A DNA stretch of 64,000 nucleotides from Selaginella moellendorffii (taxonomy: Eukaryota > Plantae > Lycopodiophyta), in NCBI RefSeq assembly GCF_000143415.4, contig NW_003314267.1, positions 482,908 to 546,907 on the forward strand. Reading direction: 5' to 3'. The notes below the pieces were generated by a model that had not been told where the DNA came from, did no database searches, and saw only the letters and a list, made by a program, of their open reading frames with translations. Below, piece by piece: positions 38,016-51,100 of this stretch. The position numbers and the translations under genes were made by a program. Every line of letters starts with the position of its first letter. The stretch's first letter is position 1.

Positions 38016-41000
38016 ATGCACCACCACCACCACCACCACTATGGCATGCCCTCCTCCTCTCCCTCCGCCTCCGCCCAGCAGCAGCAGCAAGATCGACCAT
38101 CGCCGTCGCCACCATCGCAGTTACCATTCGCGACGGCGGCGGCGACGACGATCGCCACGACGACGACGCAGCAGCTCCTGGGCTCGTCTAGATCGGGTGG
38201 TGGAGGAGGCGGAGCTGCGATTCCGCCGCTGCCCAACTCCTCCTCCACGTCCTCGCTCATGTTTAGCGGAGGAGGAGGAGGAGGACTCTCCTCCATTTCT
38301 TCCTCCGCCGCCGCTAGCGTTGCCGCCACCACCGCGACCGCCGGCGCCGCTACTGCGACCTCCTCCTCCGCCGCTGGCTACCACCTCGCCCCTCATATTC
38401 CCTCCTCCCACCACCACCACCACTTCACGCTCTCCAGGCCGCCGGATCACCACCACCACCACCACCTCGCTTCTTCTTCTCCTTCTCACTCTCCTTTCGC
38501 TTCTCCGCCAGCGCCACCACCACCAGCACCTAGCAACTCCGCCGCCGCTGCTGCTCCGCCCAATTCGATCCTCCTCCACCACCACCAGCTGAGCAAGCAC
38601 CAGCAGCTGATGCAGCAGCTCGGCCTGGCGCGATCGTCCGGCGATCAGGAGCCGGATCCTGGCGGGGTTGCAGGAGGAGATGGAAATTCAGTAGCTCCTC
38701 CTCCACCACCACCGCCAGCGGCTCCGCCCAAGATCAATGTATCTCAGCCTGGCGGCGCTGCTCCTCCTGGACCTCCTTCTTTGGCGCAGCAAGACCATCA
38801 GCAAAAATTCGATGAGGAGGGCGGGGTGGACGACGGCGATCGCGGCGGGGGTGGTGGCGGGCAGCGGTGGCTCAAGGAGGAGACGAGCGCGCTCATCAAA
38901 ATCCGCAACGATATGGATCGGAGCTTTCGAGACTCGCCGCTCAAGGGACCACTGTGGGCGGAGGTTTCTCGGTATGATCTCTTCCAATTCTCTTGCGCTT
39001 GATCGTTCCATCTCTTTCTTGGGCAATTCTCCACTCCTCTCTCTCTCTCTCTCTCTCTCTCTCCAATTCTCTCTAGAAGCACTCTCCCTCCCTCCGTGAT
39101 CTTTGGGTGGTCTTCGTTCTTGTTCTTGGGTGGCGGCATTTTTGTTCCTGATTTCTTGGAGCCCTCCTGTCACGTCGGTGGGAATTTTGCTGTTTGGCTG
39201 CGTAAACTTTTTCCATCGCTCCTGTAGCTAGTAGCTGCAGTCACAAGTTTGCGTGAATCCGTGAATCCGAGGCGCCGATCCTTGGCAGGCCTGCTGAATT
39301 CTCCCTGTTCTTCGTGATCCCATTGAAATTGGAGGAGAATTCTAGCTGCATTCTCGAGTGGAGTGGTTGCTCGCTGGATTCTAGCTCGTTTTGTCGCAAT
39401 TGAGATGTGAATTCTTTGTTCTTGTTCCAGGAAACTTGCAGAGCTGGGATACCAGAGGAGCTCCAAGAAATGCAAGGAGAAATTCGAGAACGTGTACAAG
39501 TACTATAAGAAATCCAAGGACGGGCGCGCCGGGCGGCAAGACGGTAAGAGCTACAGGTTCTTCGCCGACATGGAAGCTCTCTTTAGCGGCGGCGGCGGCG
39601 GCGCCGCTGGCGGCACTGCTGGCGGCGGCGGCGGAAGCCCAAGCAGCAACATCGTCTCGCCAATTCACTCCGCCAATCCCACCGTCACCGCCAACACCAC
39701 CAGAGCAATGATCAACCCCTCCGGCCATCAGCACCACCACCAACAACACCACCACCATCCAATCCATACCGCCGGCGGTACGCTGCCAAACGCCGCCGGC
39801 GCCGCGGCGGCATTCCACGACCTGGGGGACACTTCGGAGACTTCCGACGACGTGGAGGAGGAGCAGGAGGATGAGCACGAGTATGAAGAGGGCACCGAGG
39901 AGAGCTCCCGTAAGCGCAAGCGGTACGCCGGCGGTACCGCACGGTGGCGCGTCCTCGAGGCCATGATGCGGCAGATGGCGGAGCGGCAGGAGGCCATGCA
40001 GCGGCGGTTCCTCGAGGCCATGGACAGGCGCGACGCGGAGCGCACCGCGCGGGACGATGCGTGGAAGCGGCAGGAGGCGTTGCGGGTGCGGCGCGAGCAG
40101 GAGCTGCGGTCCCAGGAGCAGGCCAGGATTGCGACGCGCGACTCGGCTCTGGTGGCGTTTCTCCACAAGGCGTGCAGCGGCGGCATACCGCCGCAGCAGA
40201 CCCAGCAGCTGCTGGCGACTCTGGCGTCGATCGTGAGCAACAGTGGCGCCGCGGCCGCCGCAGCGGCTGATCGGACGGCGGAGATATCACCAGGCCAGCA
40301 GGTGGTGGAGGATCACCACCACCACCACCACCACCCCGACGGTACCGCGCAGCACGAGCTTGTGGCGGTGCGTGGAGAGTCCGGGCAGCACGGTGGCTTT
40401 GATCCAGCCAGCAAGAGGTGGCCAAAGCCCGAGGTCCTCGCGCTCATCAAGCTCCGGAGTAGCATCGAGGGGAAGTTCCAAGAGACCGGGCCCAAGGGAC
40501 CGCTGTGGGAGGAGATCTCCTCCGGGATGTCGTGCATGGGATACAGCCGCAGCGCCAAGCGGTGCAAGGAGAAATGGGAGAACATCAACAAGTACTTCCG
40601 CAAGACCAAGGATAGCAGCAAGAAGCGGCCCGAGAATTCCAAGACGTGCCCGTATTTCCACCAGCTGGACGCGCTCTACCGCAAGGGGGTGCTGGGCGGT
40701 ACGCGGCTGCTTACCGCGGGCGGTTCAGGCGGCGGCGCCGGGGCCGGGGGTGGCAAGCGGGACGAGCTGGTCAACTCGGGCCACAGTACGGCGGCGACTT
40801 CGGCTAGCGGCGGTGGCGCGGGGCTGATCGTCCAGGCGGCGGACATGCTGGCGATCGTCCCGACGGGAAGGGAGAGCAACGCGGCGGCGGCGGCGGCGGC
40901 GGCTCTGCCGGTGGTGGCTAGCCCAAGCGCAAACAATGGTGGGGAGAATTGCTTCTCCGGGCCCGAGGAGGAGGAAGAGGAGGAGGAGGATGATAACTCC

Positions 41001-41058
41001 AACTCCACGAGTGGCGGTGACAAGGAGCAGCATGGAAACAATGGGAATGGGAATGGCA

Positions 41059-41089
<31 letters not shown>

Positions 41090-41294
41090 GCAGCAGCATT
41101 CTTTGATGGGGTCGCTGCTCGATCCTTCCAATGGCCACCACTCTGGAACTTCGCTCCAGCAACAGCAGCACCAGCAGCATCCGACGCCACTGGCGATGAG
41201 CTTCGAGGCGGCCGACCTCTTCTCCTCAAGCAGCGGCATCCTGGGAGAGTTTGAGAGGCGCGAGCAAGCGGCACAGCAAAACGGGAGGCGATGA
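38016..41294 (+). CDS. Trihelix GT-2/GTL1-class transcription factor with two Myb/SANT-like trihelix domains; exons 38016-38971 and 39431-41294
   Basis: RWLKEETSALIKIRNDMDRSFRDSPLKGPLWAEVSR|KLAELGYQRSSKKCKEKFENVYKYYKK; central coiled coil; RWPKPEVLALIKLRS..KGPLWEEIS..RSAKRCKEKWENINKYF..CPYFHQLDALY. Confidence 0.96.
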
Positions 41295-44071
41295 TGAAAG
41301 CTCCGCCATCTTTCAAGGTTTGCAGCATAGCCAACTTCGGTTGGATCGTCTCCCTGGACTAACCAAGCTTTTGCAGGGCTTTCGACTCGACTTCTTTCTT
41401 TCGCGGCTCGATGCAAGCCTCGACGATTCATCTCTGCGCACACGCACAGCACAGGTTACAGTCGCCCAACAGTACAGGGGGGTTCTTTTCTTCGGTCACC
41501 AAGAGTGTACATTAGCTGTATCAGTACAGTCTAGTGGTGGTACTTTTAGTGTCGTCAGCAGCAGGCAACCAGGGTCCGTTTTCTCGGTTATCTCGGGGGA
41601 ATAACAATAAGCCAGGCAAGGTGGTGGGAATTCAAACAGGTGTGGAACAAGCTTGGAATCTTTCAGGGGATGGATTGGTCGCGAGGAAACTATAAATATT
41701 TCATATACTATAGCTTGTAGAGAGGTACATAGGATCATCGGTTCGCTCCAGCAAGTTTGGGATTTTCAGCCAAGTTTGTGAATATGGGAGGATTCTTCGA
41801 ATTCAGTCCGGTTTTTTGTGTGTGAAAGAAGCATCAGCAGCAGCAGCAGCAGCAGCAGCAGCGCAGCGGTAGAAGCTTTGTGTATAAAAAGTTTTTTCCT
41901 TTTTCCTAATCGGGGATTGGGGGGCCTCGTCGATTGATTCGATCATACGTTGTCTGCTGCTGGAGTTTCTCTCTTCGTCCAAGGAAAATAGGCTACGGTT
42001 TTTTATACTCCTTTTTCCTTTTTGTTTTGGTTTTTTCTTTCGGGATTTTTGTTTCTATACATCTAGCAGCAAGAGCCAGGCAGCAGGAAGGCAGGCAGGC
42101 ATTTGCATTGCAAACAGCAGAGTGTTGTTTCTCTCGTCGCGCCGGAATTCTTTTCTCCAGTGGAATAAAACGAGTTCGTCAAAATTCCAAAAACTCCGCC
42201 ACCTTTTTCCTTAAGCCTCAAGAAAACATGCGTTTCGTTAGGACGGCATGGAATCGTGGGATTCACTGGCGATGCCCGATCCGATCACTGCTCCTGTCCA
42301 GAGGCCACCGTGTGTGTGAGATCATCCTGGATGCGGACACCAGTCCATTCCCCACATTAAAGCTGTAGAAATACCAAAAAAGAAAACACAAACTATTTTC
42401 TAGATAAGCCCTCCTGCTTGTGCAGACAGAGACATGAAAGGTTTTGGGAGACAGACAACAGCAAAACTTCAGTCAATCCAAATCATCACTGATTCTTATG
42501 AGAACCTCTAATTGTTTTGGTGAAAGGAGGAGAGAACAACCCAGATTGCTCATGCTTGCTTGCTTGATGGTGGTTTGCATCACACTCGTATGATTTGTAG
42601 CTAATTGTTCCATCATGTGAAGAGTGGTGTTCATGCAACTACAACACAAGCTGCCCTGCCCTGCCAGCCAAAAGAAGGGAGGGGCCACTTCCACTCCCTA
42701 AATTTTTCCTTCTGTTGTATTTGTTTCTGACATATGAAATAAATGCACTGAGGTGGCAGTGCTGTCATTAATCCCAAGACCTGGCTTGTGTCAGGCAGGC
42801 AGGCCACTAACGTTGAAAAGAAAACAAAAAAGAGTCATATGCCAGTTTTGGCTATCAAATGTAGCCCTAGGCCACCTTTTAAACCTAAACCTTGTCATCA
42901 ATCAAAACTAATCAATCAAGACATGACCTTTGCAGGGGCCCAAACAGTATCGTTAACTAGAATTTTCTGCCAATCTAAAGTTAAAACATGCACTGGTGAA
43001 CATGCAATATCACTCCAAAGCTTTGGTTGGGACCAATCAACCAAGCCAGTGTAAAGAAGACCAAGGGGGCCCGCAAATGACACACAAGAGGCCCCACTCC
43101 CACTGGGCTCCCACTTAGCTTGTTGAGATTTTGCTACAAATGACAACTCAACACACACACTCAATAGAGGAGAAATTCAATGCTTGGGACCCGGAAACAT
43201 TACCAAAAACTAAGTCCAAAACTAGCAAAGCAAAATTACATGTACACAAAAGGATCTCTTTTAAAAAAAGAGAGAGAAGAACTTCTGCAGTACTCACAAC
43301 TCGCACCTCCCCGCTAGATCCCCGCAAAAATCCATTCGTACTTAAGCAGCTCATGACGGTAGCGATCACATTTCTTTCCGTAATCCAGCGTGCCAATCTC
43401 GTACGTTTTCTGTTTCGTGATCTTTTTTTTTTTTTCTCTCCCGGCCAGCCATGTGCATTTCCATGTGCAGGATGGACCCTCGACCATCTTTCACAGTTCT
43501 TCAGCCTTTCACAGTGCTCTCCCTCCCAATCATCGCGTCCATGCGGGTCCAGGCCCCAGTACAAAAGTAAGAAGAAAAAAAAAAAAAACTCTGCTAATCG
43601 TGCCTGTGCCTGTGGTGTCCCTGTTGGAGACTGTCAATTCCCTGCTTTGCTTGCTTTCCCTGTTTGCTTGCTTGCTTTCCTCTCCACCAGTGTCGTTAAC
43701 TCGGCCTCAATCCCATTCAATCCAATCCCCTCGATCCAGTGTCGAGACAAGACCCCCAACTTCCGTACTAGAGATCTTCCAGCTCGCGCAACGAGTGAGT
43801 AATCACGCAACCCCCACTTGATACCTTTCTCGCGTCCTTATCATAAACCAGCTTGCAGCAGGCCCACTGGCTTGTTTCTCCTCTTCTCTTTATTTTTTTT
43901 CCTGTTCTCTCCTTTGTTTTGTTTCTGTCCGCCCTTCAACTCCGCTGGCGATCCCCCGAGATCTCAGTTCCATCTCTGTAATAGCATTCTCCCGACTTGT
44001 CTCATGCAAAGGCTGCCACGCCATGTCCAATCCAGGGGTGTCGTAAAGAGCCCCCACCTTCCGCAACTGGA

Positions 44072-45405
44072 TCACCTGTCAGCCTGGCCGAAATAGTTCC
44101 CTGCTATCGTAATTATGATGTTGAGCATCTCAAGCTCTCGCTCTCCACGGAAGTTCCTCGAGGCCCTGATGAGAGCGCACTTCCTTAGTAGTTCCCGGAC
44201 AGCGGCACTCGTGTCCAGGTCCAGGGGCTCGTCCACCACCGCCGAAAGAGCGTAGAGCCATAACGCACGCTCCTCCGCCAAGTTCTCCAGGTCGTCGAGC
44301 CACGAGATGTGATGGCGCAAGAGAGTTGCACGGGACACCTCGTCCATGCTGAGGAGAGTACTCAGAGACGGCAGCTGGCCGGTATGCTCTTGTTCGTAAT
44401 CGCTAGTCTCCCCGTTATCGTTGTCCGAGCTTCTGCTTTCAGTCCCGAAGCAGTAAACTCTCCAGGCATCTCTGTCCCTGAAGTGCGGGAGTTTTTTCTG
44501 ACAGCAGGCCTCACCGGAAGGAATGTCCGACAGCAGTTTCTAAAACAAGCAAACACTTTAGAAACATCAAAAAGGAAAAAGCGTGGATAGAAGTGTTTTT
44601 ACCAGCCGTAGTTTGGAGAAGTCCGAAACAAACTCGGCTTCCCAGCTCCTTAATGGCAGTAACTCCGGGTCACAGTGTGCAATCGGAGGAATATCTGGCA
44701 TGTACGCTGTTTGTTCGCAGCAAAGCTTACTTGCAGACACAGCCGCCACCTTAACCCGCTCACACCGTGCCTCCTCCCACCTTTCAGCAAGAATAGTTCC
44801 AAACAATGAGGAAAAACACGAGAAGAGAGACACTAGATGCGTACCTCACACGACGCAAAAACTCGAAGCCGTCTTGAGGAGGTCCCGAGTCGAAATCCGG
44901 CTCCCCTTCCACGTATAATGCTGGCTTTCGGAGGCCTTCACCTTCGCTGCTATCAGAGTAATACTCCACTTCCTCCAGGTTCACGTCATCCTCACTTTTC
45001 TCAGCTGCGGCAAAAGAAAAGTAAGTGAAAAACTAGACAGGGATAAAGATCATCGAGAACTTTACCTGATTGCAAGGTGTGGCTATACCTCCAATCGAAG
45101 TGCTCCTGATCGTTGTGAGTGAAGATACTATCAAGCTCCAAAGCTACATCGCCAAGTGCTTCGCAAATTTGCAGCCATTTCTCGCAAGATCGCTCGTCGG
45201 AGAACCTCAGCTTCAAGAGCTCGCCTCTCCGGTACCTGACCACCGGTCGAGAAGCGCAAGCGGGAGATAGAGCCGCCTTTGCACTGGCCAAGAAACCATT
45301 CACCTGCCTGGATTCGCTAGCCGCTACGTCACCTGGATCATCGCGAACGGTGCCGCCGCCGCCGCCAGAGAGGAGATCATCGCCTCCACGAGCTGTCTCG
45401 TCCAT
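44072..45405 (-). CDS. GEMIN2: Gemin2 / SMN-interacting protein 1 (SIP1), multi-exon
   Basis: KPALYVEGEPDFDSGPPQDGFEFLRRVR|WEEARC..VKVA; WEAEFVSDFSKLR; RALWLYALSAVVDEPLDLDTSAAVRELLRKCA..LNIIITIAGNYFGQ. Confidence 0.9.
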
Positions 45406-45438
45406 CGGAAAACCCTAAACCCTAAAAAATGCGCTACC

Positions 45439-46143
45439 TTAAGAAGAGAGCTTCCTGTGCCTGATCTTTAGCTTCCCGGATGGCTCCTCCCGGAAGAAGG
45501 AGACCTCGTCTCCACAGGCGAGATTGTAGCGCTTCACGTACTGGATCCATCCCTTGCTAAACACGTACGTCTTGCTGCTTCCCCAGTACTTGAAGTTGAA
45601 TGCCCACTGCTCGGATTCGTGATCGTGGAAGAAGAGCACCGTCTCGTTGGGATCGGGGATGGAGGAATCCGGATTGCCGGGCTTGGCCGCCTCGCTGAGC
45701 TTGGGGAAACACTCGCGCGCGTGCCTCTTGTGGATGACCAGGCGATTGAGCTTGTTGACATCGCTGTTCGTCAGGAGCTTGGAGAACAGGAAGTTATCCG
45801 CGCTTCTTTCGTGATTAGACGCGCCGGGATCGCTGAAACTATTGTGCGCGATGGCCTCCTTCTTCCCGGGATCCCTTTCCTGGCTGAAAACACTGTGCGC
45901 GATCGACGTCCCGGAGCTCGTGGAGCTGCTCGCCTGTAGACTAGGAGGCGCTAGCAGCAGCCTCAAATCGATGCCGTCGCCGCCATCGCCCCGATCGCCT
46001 GCAATCTTTGCGCGCTTGCCGTGCGTAGCCGAGCGGGCAAAGAAATCGATTGCCCCGCTGCTGATGGTGCGATCGTCGTCGTCGTCGTCGCTGGAGGCGG
46101 CGCCGCGGGGCGGTTGAGAGCTGGAAGACGATTCACTCGTCAT
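45439..46143 (-). CDS. Intronless B3-domain transcription factor (RAV/NGA-type B3) with an EAR-like DLRLLL motif
   Basis: FLFSKLLTNSDVNKLNRLVIHKRHARECFP..WAFNFKYWGSSKTYVFSKGWIQYVKRYNLACGDEVSF; first ATG at 46143. Confidence 0.9.
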   Translation of the reverse strand: MTSESSSSSQPPRGAASSDDDDDDRTISSGAIDFFARSATHGKRAKIAGDRGDGGDGIDLRLLLAPPSLQASSSTSSGTSIAHSVFSQERDPGKKEAIAHNSFSDPGASNHERSADNFLFSKLLTNSDVNKLNRLVIHKRHARECFPKLSEAAKPGNPDSSIPDPNETVLFFHDHESEQWAFNFKYWGSSKTYVFSKGWIQYVKRYNLACGDEVSFFREEPSGKLKIRHRKLSS

Positions 46144-46929
46144 ACCTCCGGGCAGCGAAATGACTAAATGGAATGAAGAAATGTATTTTTGCTCTTTAAG
46201 AAAAAGCCAGTGCAAAAAGCCATGTATGGCGGGGCATTCCTGGTGAATATTCCCGGGTCAAAGCTATTTGGGCAGATATTTTTAGAAAGTATCTTAAGTC
46301 TGATGTAGTTTGATACTTTGCTAGCCACCTTTTTCTTGAACCGGTTTGTCGGGAGGCCTGCGTTATGGCTTCATGAGCTAGTGACGAGCGTCGACAGTCA
46401 CAGGTCTTGGCTTGCTTCTGGTGCTGTCCAAGGGAAAACCTCTGAAGAGCGTGTGGAATGTAGGCTGTGTGAGTATGAAGGGCATGCCTAAGTGACGACC
46501 AAATATTTGTGAAGTTTGCGGGCCTTGCAAAGTCTAGGGACGTGCCATACCACAGGTGAGTATGTTTACAGCACTGCTCAAGACCATCACGTCACGACCG
46601 TTGTGAGGTGTTGAGGGTGGAGAGGAACAATTGAACCTTCTTTCAAGCCTAGATTGCTCTTTTTCATGAGGATTTCAGCAAGGATTGATCACCATGGAGC
46701 ATTATACTGTGTTTTGAATAGCTGTCTATCTTTGGTGAATGTGGTAGTTCTAAGCTCTCTCTCTCTCTCTCTTCATTCTCATTCAATCCCTTGCAAATAC
46801 TAAGCCACTTGTGGCCAGTGAAACTAGCTAAAACAATTTTTTATTACAAATATATTAAATTGCAGTAAGTGGTAGTAAAAATGAGCTACAAATACTACAG
46901 GTAGTAATGTGGCACGTGTTAACAGTCAT

Positions 46930-47084
46930 TGAGCATGGACACTCTGGTCTTGCTTGTGCCAAAGAAGAGTGATGACATGCTGGTAATGGGGACACTGGTA
47001 GAGGACATAGAATATGTCCTCCACCTGTTCCAAAGAGTAGTGTGTTGTTCTTATGTGATGTAAGATTTACAATATCTCCCTTGG
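46930..47084 (-). pseudogene. 3' end of a decayed LINE ORF2 (C-terminal Cys/His finger); continues the LINE at 60087-61300
   Basis: QGRYCKSY..EQVEDIFYVLYQCPHYQH (one frameshift) resembles the R.C..C..VED..H.L..CP.Y tail of RTE/RTEX/CR1-like LINEs; it joins in frame to LKVERGRGMVQ on the far side of the transposon. Confidence 0.6.
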
Positions 47085-47625
47085 GGCGCAGACTATACTT
47101 GAGCTCATGAGTTGAAGAGTTGAGCTCACGAGTTGAGCTCAATTTTCAATTGTAATTTAGTACAAACATTATAAATTTTAAAATCTTAAGGTTTTGGCAA
47201 ACCTAATAATTTAATAACTCTCTATATATTATATAGATAAAAATGTTCTAAAGAACACTTTTTGTTCTAATAATTTAAATATTTACTACATGCAATGATA
47301 GGGACATTTGTTAAAACATAAAATAAAATGTTTGCAAAAAGAGTATTCTTGTCACTTCTTTAAATTTGTACTCTATGCTTTCTTTCTAGTAAATGTCAGG
47401 TTTTTCAGAATTAAAAAATTATTAAATTTGAAATAAGATTCTATGTAAAGCTATATAACCGTTTGAAAGGAAAAAAAACATAACCGTTGATGTAAGCTTA
47501 TTGCATATAAAAGAAAGACTTGGTTCTTTGTAGAATACATTCTTGAGGGGTTTGTCATAACATACTGTCTAGAATTTATAGATCTTCATTCACACTCTCA
47601 TTCGAAAAAAGAGAAATTAACACAA

Positions 47626-48078
47626 ATGTCTATCGGTTCTAGTGTTGGTAATTTTAACTCTCACAATCTTTCTTCCCAGGGTTCAAGGGCTAGGAGATAC
47701 AATAACTATCCCATTGCACAGCATAACCAAATCACACAAGAGAATGAAAGAGAGGATAGTGAGGATAGTGATTATGAATTGGAGATAAATGCAATGACAG
47801 AGGGTGCAACAAATTGGGTGAAAAAGAATGCCCTCTTACTTGTTTTAGAAAAGTGCAACTCTTCCACTTTCAAGAAGTGCCCCATATGTTTTCTAGCATC
47901 TGGTGGAAACAATGGCAATGATCAGTATGATGGTATATATGCTTTTGCAACACATTGCAACATCACGCACCTGAAAGACTACCATGAAATCTTTTTTGAG
48001 ATGGTAAAGATAGAAATGGAGACACATGAGTACTATGGGCAGTATTGCAAAAAAAACACTCAGAAGTATATAAAATGA
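47626..48078 (+). CDS. Transposon-borne 150-aa protein with a zf-XS-like (SGS3-type) zinc finger
   Basis: Intact ATG-TGA ORF; acidic EREDSEDSDYE stretch, then CPICFLASGGNNGNDQYDGIYAFATHCNITHLKDYHEIFFEMV. Confidence 0.5.
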   Translation: MSIGSSVGNFNSHNLSSQGSRARRYNNYPIAQHNQITQENEREDSEDSDYELEINAMTEGATNWVKKNALLLVLEKCNSSTFKKCPICFLASGGNNGNDQYDGIYAFATHCNITHLKDYHEIFFEMVKIEMETHEYYGQYCKKNTQKYIK

Positions 48079-48155
48079 AAAGTGAAATGAAAAAGCACAT
48101 TTTTATTAATTATATAAAGTTGATAGAGAATAAATATCGATAGTGTTGGAGAAAT

Positions 48156-51100
48156 CTAATTAGCTCCAAAAGTTTTCTGCAACTTAGCAATAGTAAAGCT
48201 TGCTTGGTGTATATGAATATCCACTTTAGGATCCTGGTGCAAGATGTTAATGAAGATGTAGTACATATGCTTGCAAGGAGCATATGCCTTCCCATGTTCC
48301 TTGCACTTCGTAAAGTCTGGACATGTGCAAGAAGGAAAGTCGTGAATGGCAATTGTGTACTCTCCACCTTCTGTTTTGACTATGTACTCCTTTGCAAGCG
48401 TAGTGATGTACTTCGTGGAGAAAATCTCACACTCAAGTGTTTGAGCCAAGTTTATTTTACCTTGCTTCTCCTTGGAGATGGTACCAATAAATTTAACTGC
48501 CTTACCTTTTCGTGTTGGCCTCCTGTGCATCTCTGTAGGAATAGTCCTGCTTTTGTCACTCATATCTCCAACTCTCCTCTCAAGATTAAAACCAGATTTC
48601 TCAAGGTTTTCAATCTCATCCGAGGTGAGTGCGACCCTATTAGCAACCGGCCATTCTTTAGGTACTGCATCAAGTTTAGTCACTATAGTATCTTTAAGCT
48701 GCTTCGTATGGTTGGCGTCGGTGTTGCAACAATATAGCCAACACCATCTTGAAAATCCTGCTTGCTTTCATTCCCCATAGAAACATGGGGCTGGAATAGA
48801 AGCAGATTTTTCACCACGAATCTAGGCCCAACACTTGCCCCTCAGAAGCATCCCCACACACCTTACATTTGATTTTGCTGGCACGTGTCGGATTGCCTAT
48901 TGCTTCGGCTCCACGCTATGGTAAGCAATTTCAACCTGTTGCGATGCACTCTCTTCATCAGCCACTTGAGGTGGCTCGGTCCGAGAGCGGTGTCTTGAAG
49001 CAGAATGGTACTTGACATTAGGCCTGTGAGAGCTTTTTGCTCCAAGGTCCGTACCAACATCTTCCCCAGCAAAGGAAAAACGACGCTTTGAGCGGACAGT
49101 CTTCATATCACCAATAGAAGCTCGGGGAGTGTACTCCATAGATATGCCACGGACCACTTCCTCAACTGCAGTTGCCACTGTTCGAGCGGGTGGAGTTAAT
49201 TTTCTCTTCATCCTATCATGTAACATTTCAACAGAAGGCCTTGTTCCCATGTATCTTCCTTCCTCGAATGCTAGTGCTTTTAAAGATTGCTCTATAGCAC
49301 GTATCAAATCTGATAGACAAGCTTCGTATAGACTCATCTTCCCTTTCCCTGCCTCAGAGGAACGCCAACTCCAATGCTTACTTTCAGAGAGATTCACAGT
49401 TGGGGTGTATGCGAGGTTCTTAAGTGGTTGATCTTAATGGAAAAGGCAATATTAAGAGGTAATAAAAGGAGAAGAAAAAATATAAACCAACCTGAAAAGA
49501 GTGATGTCCCTACTAGAACATCCTAATTTCCCACCATCCTAACCATGACTCAAGTTGTGGTAGGCAACTTACGTCTATATAGCCATCTTCATGCCACCAC
49601 ATTCGGATTTCATTTGTTTTTGCCTCATGCTCTTCTTCAGAAGGTGCAACCTGCCATTGTTTGCACAACTCCTTAAATATTGATTGAAACTCTGGCTTGA
49701 TAAGATGGCAGTGTTGGTTTAGGCTTTGAGCCCAATGGAACTCACAAGTCCTCTCACGACCTTCCAATGGTTGACCATTCCCAAAAACTGCTCAGATACC
49801 ATTCCAGTTTGCACCAGCCCCATCTGCCATGAAACCACGAAAGTTTGCAGGCTTACCAATCCGCTTTAGGACAATATCAGAGAGGGACTTCCAAAATATT
49901 TCCTGTGCTGTCTGGTCTTGTACTTTAAACTCTACTGTTGCAATTGTTAAGTTATAACGTAGCTTATGAAAACATAAATATTATAACAATTTCAATATAA
50001 TGAGAATAAAAATTACCTTGGATCATACACATGAGCTCCCGTGGTTGTCCAACCGGATACATGCTCCATATGGTCAAAATGTACCTATGCATTTGCAAGG
50101 TCACTAGACCCAAACATGTCCATTCGGGAGACAAGATCTATGCCAGAGGTAGGGCTCATGGTAGACATTTTGAAGACAAAGGGGCGCTCTTGCTTATTCA
50201 TAACTTGGTCTGGAAACAAACTTCCATGGATGAACTCGTATGGATAAGTCCGTTTCAATTCAAAGATGGAGTCAATTTTTGATTGCAACTTCCCCTCTCG
50301 AGATTCACACATCCAAGATTTTATCCTAAATAATATAATGTAAGAAAAAATTATTATTATAATGTATGAAAAATAACGAATGTACCTCCTTAGGCTAGTA
50401 GTAGGTTGTACTCTTCGTAGTAAGTCCCACAAGCTAGCCTCATTTAGTTGAGTCTTTTGGCAACTTAGATTGAGTAAGGTATTTGCGATAAAATCCTTAA
50501 GGACAGTCTTCTAAACATGCTTCGGAGTTGCAGATGAGTTTCTCATAGTCTCTTCTTGTACAGCATCTTTGAAACGGTTGAGAGAACTCCTTTGTATCCC
50601 TTCCTACATTGGATGCATATGTGTGCCAACATGCACTGCAGCTCTTCCAGCCACTTCATCCCGTGGAAGAAAGTAGTACATCTTGGCCTTGCAGATAGCA
50701 CAACATAGAGGAGCATTTTTGCAGAATCGACATTTGGATTCAACAGCAATAGTGTCACAGGCTAGAGGATTGACTGCAGACCCTTCGAAAAATATAGAGT
50801 TTCTAGAGCGGTCTCGATTGCATGCTTCATCCACACAATCTAAATGCCCGCAACAATGAACTATAGACACTGTGCCTTCAAAATGTTGGAAGTGTGTGAT
50901 CTTGATCTTGCATCAATTGTGGACATCCTACTTGGTTTCCATCCCCTTCTGTTTGGAACTTGTGCTGCTGACAAGAGGTGGTAGCTCGAAGAAAATGTTG
51001 CCGTTGTAGGAGGATGGAAGCTCACTCACAAGCCTATACAAAAACAAATGCACGTTGATTGAGAAGTGTGAAAACTGAAAAGCATTGCTAACGGCTTTGA

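Noticed and set aside
37942-41452. Many long antisense and alternate-frame ORFs over the trihelix gene
   Set aside because: Shadow ORFs of GC-rich, triplet-repeat-rich coding sequence with no recognisable domains.
43131-43821. 223-aa ORF and miR156/miR396-like fragments
   Set aside because: Low-complexity, non-ATG ORF with no domain; no full mature miRNA match or convincing hairpin seen.
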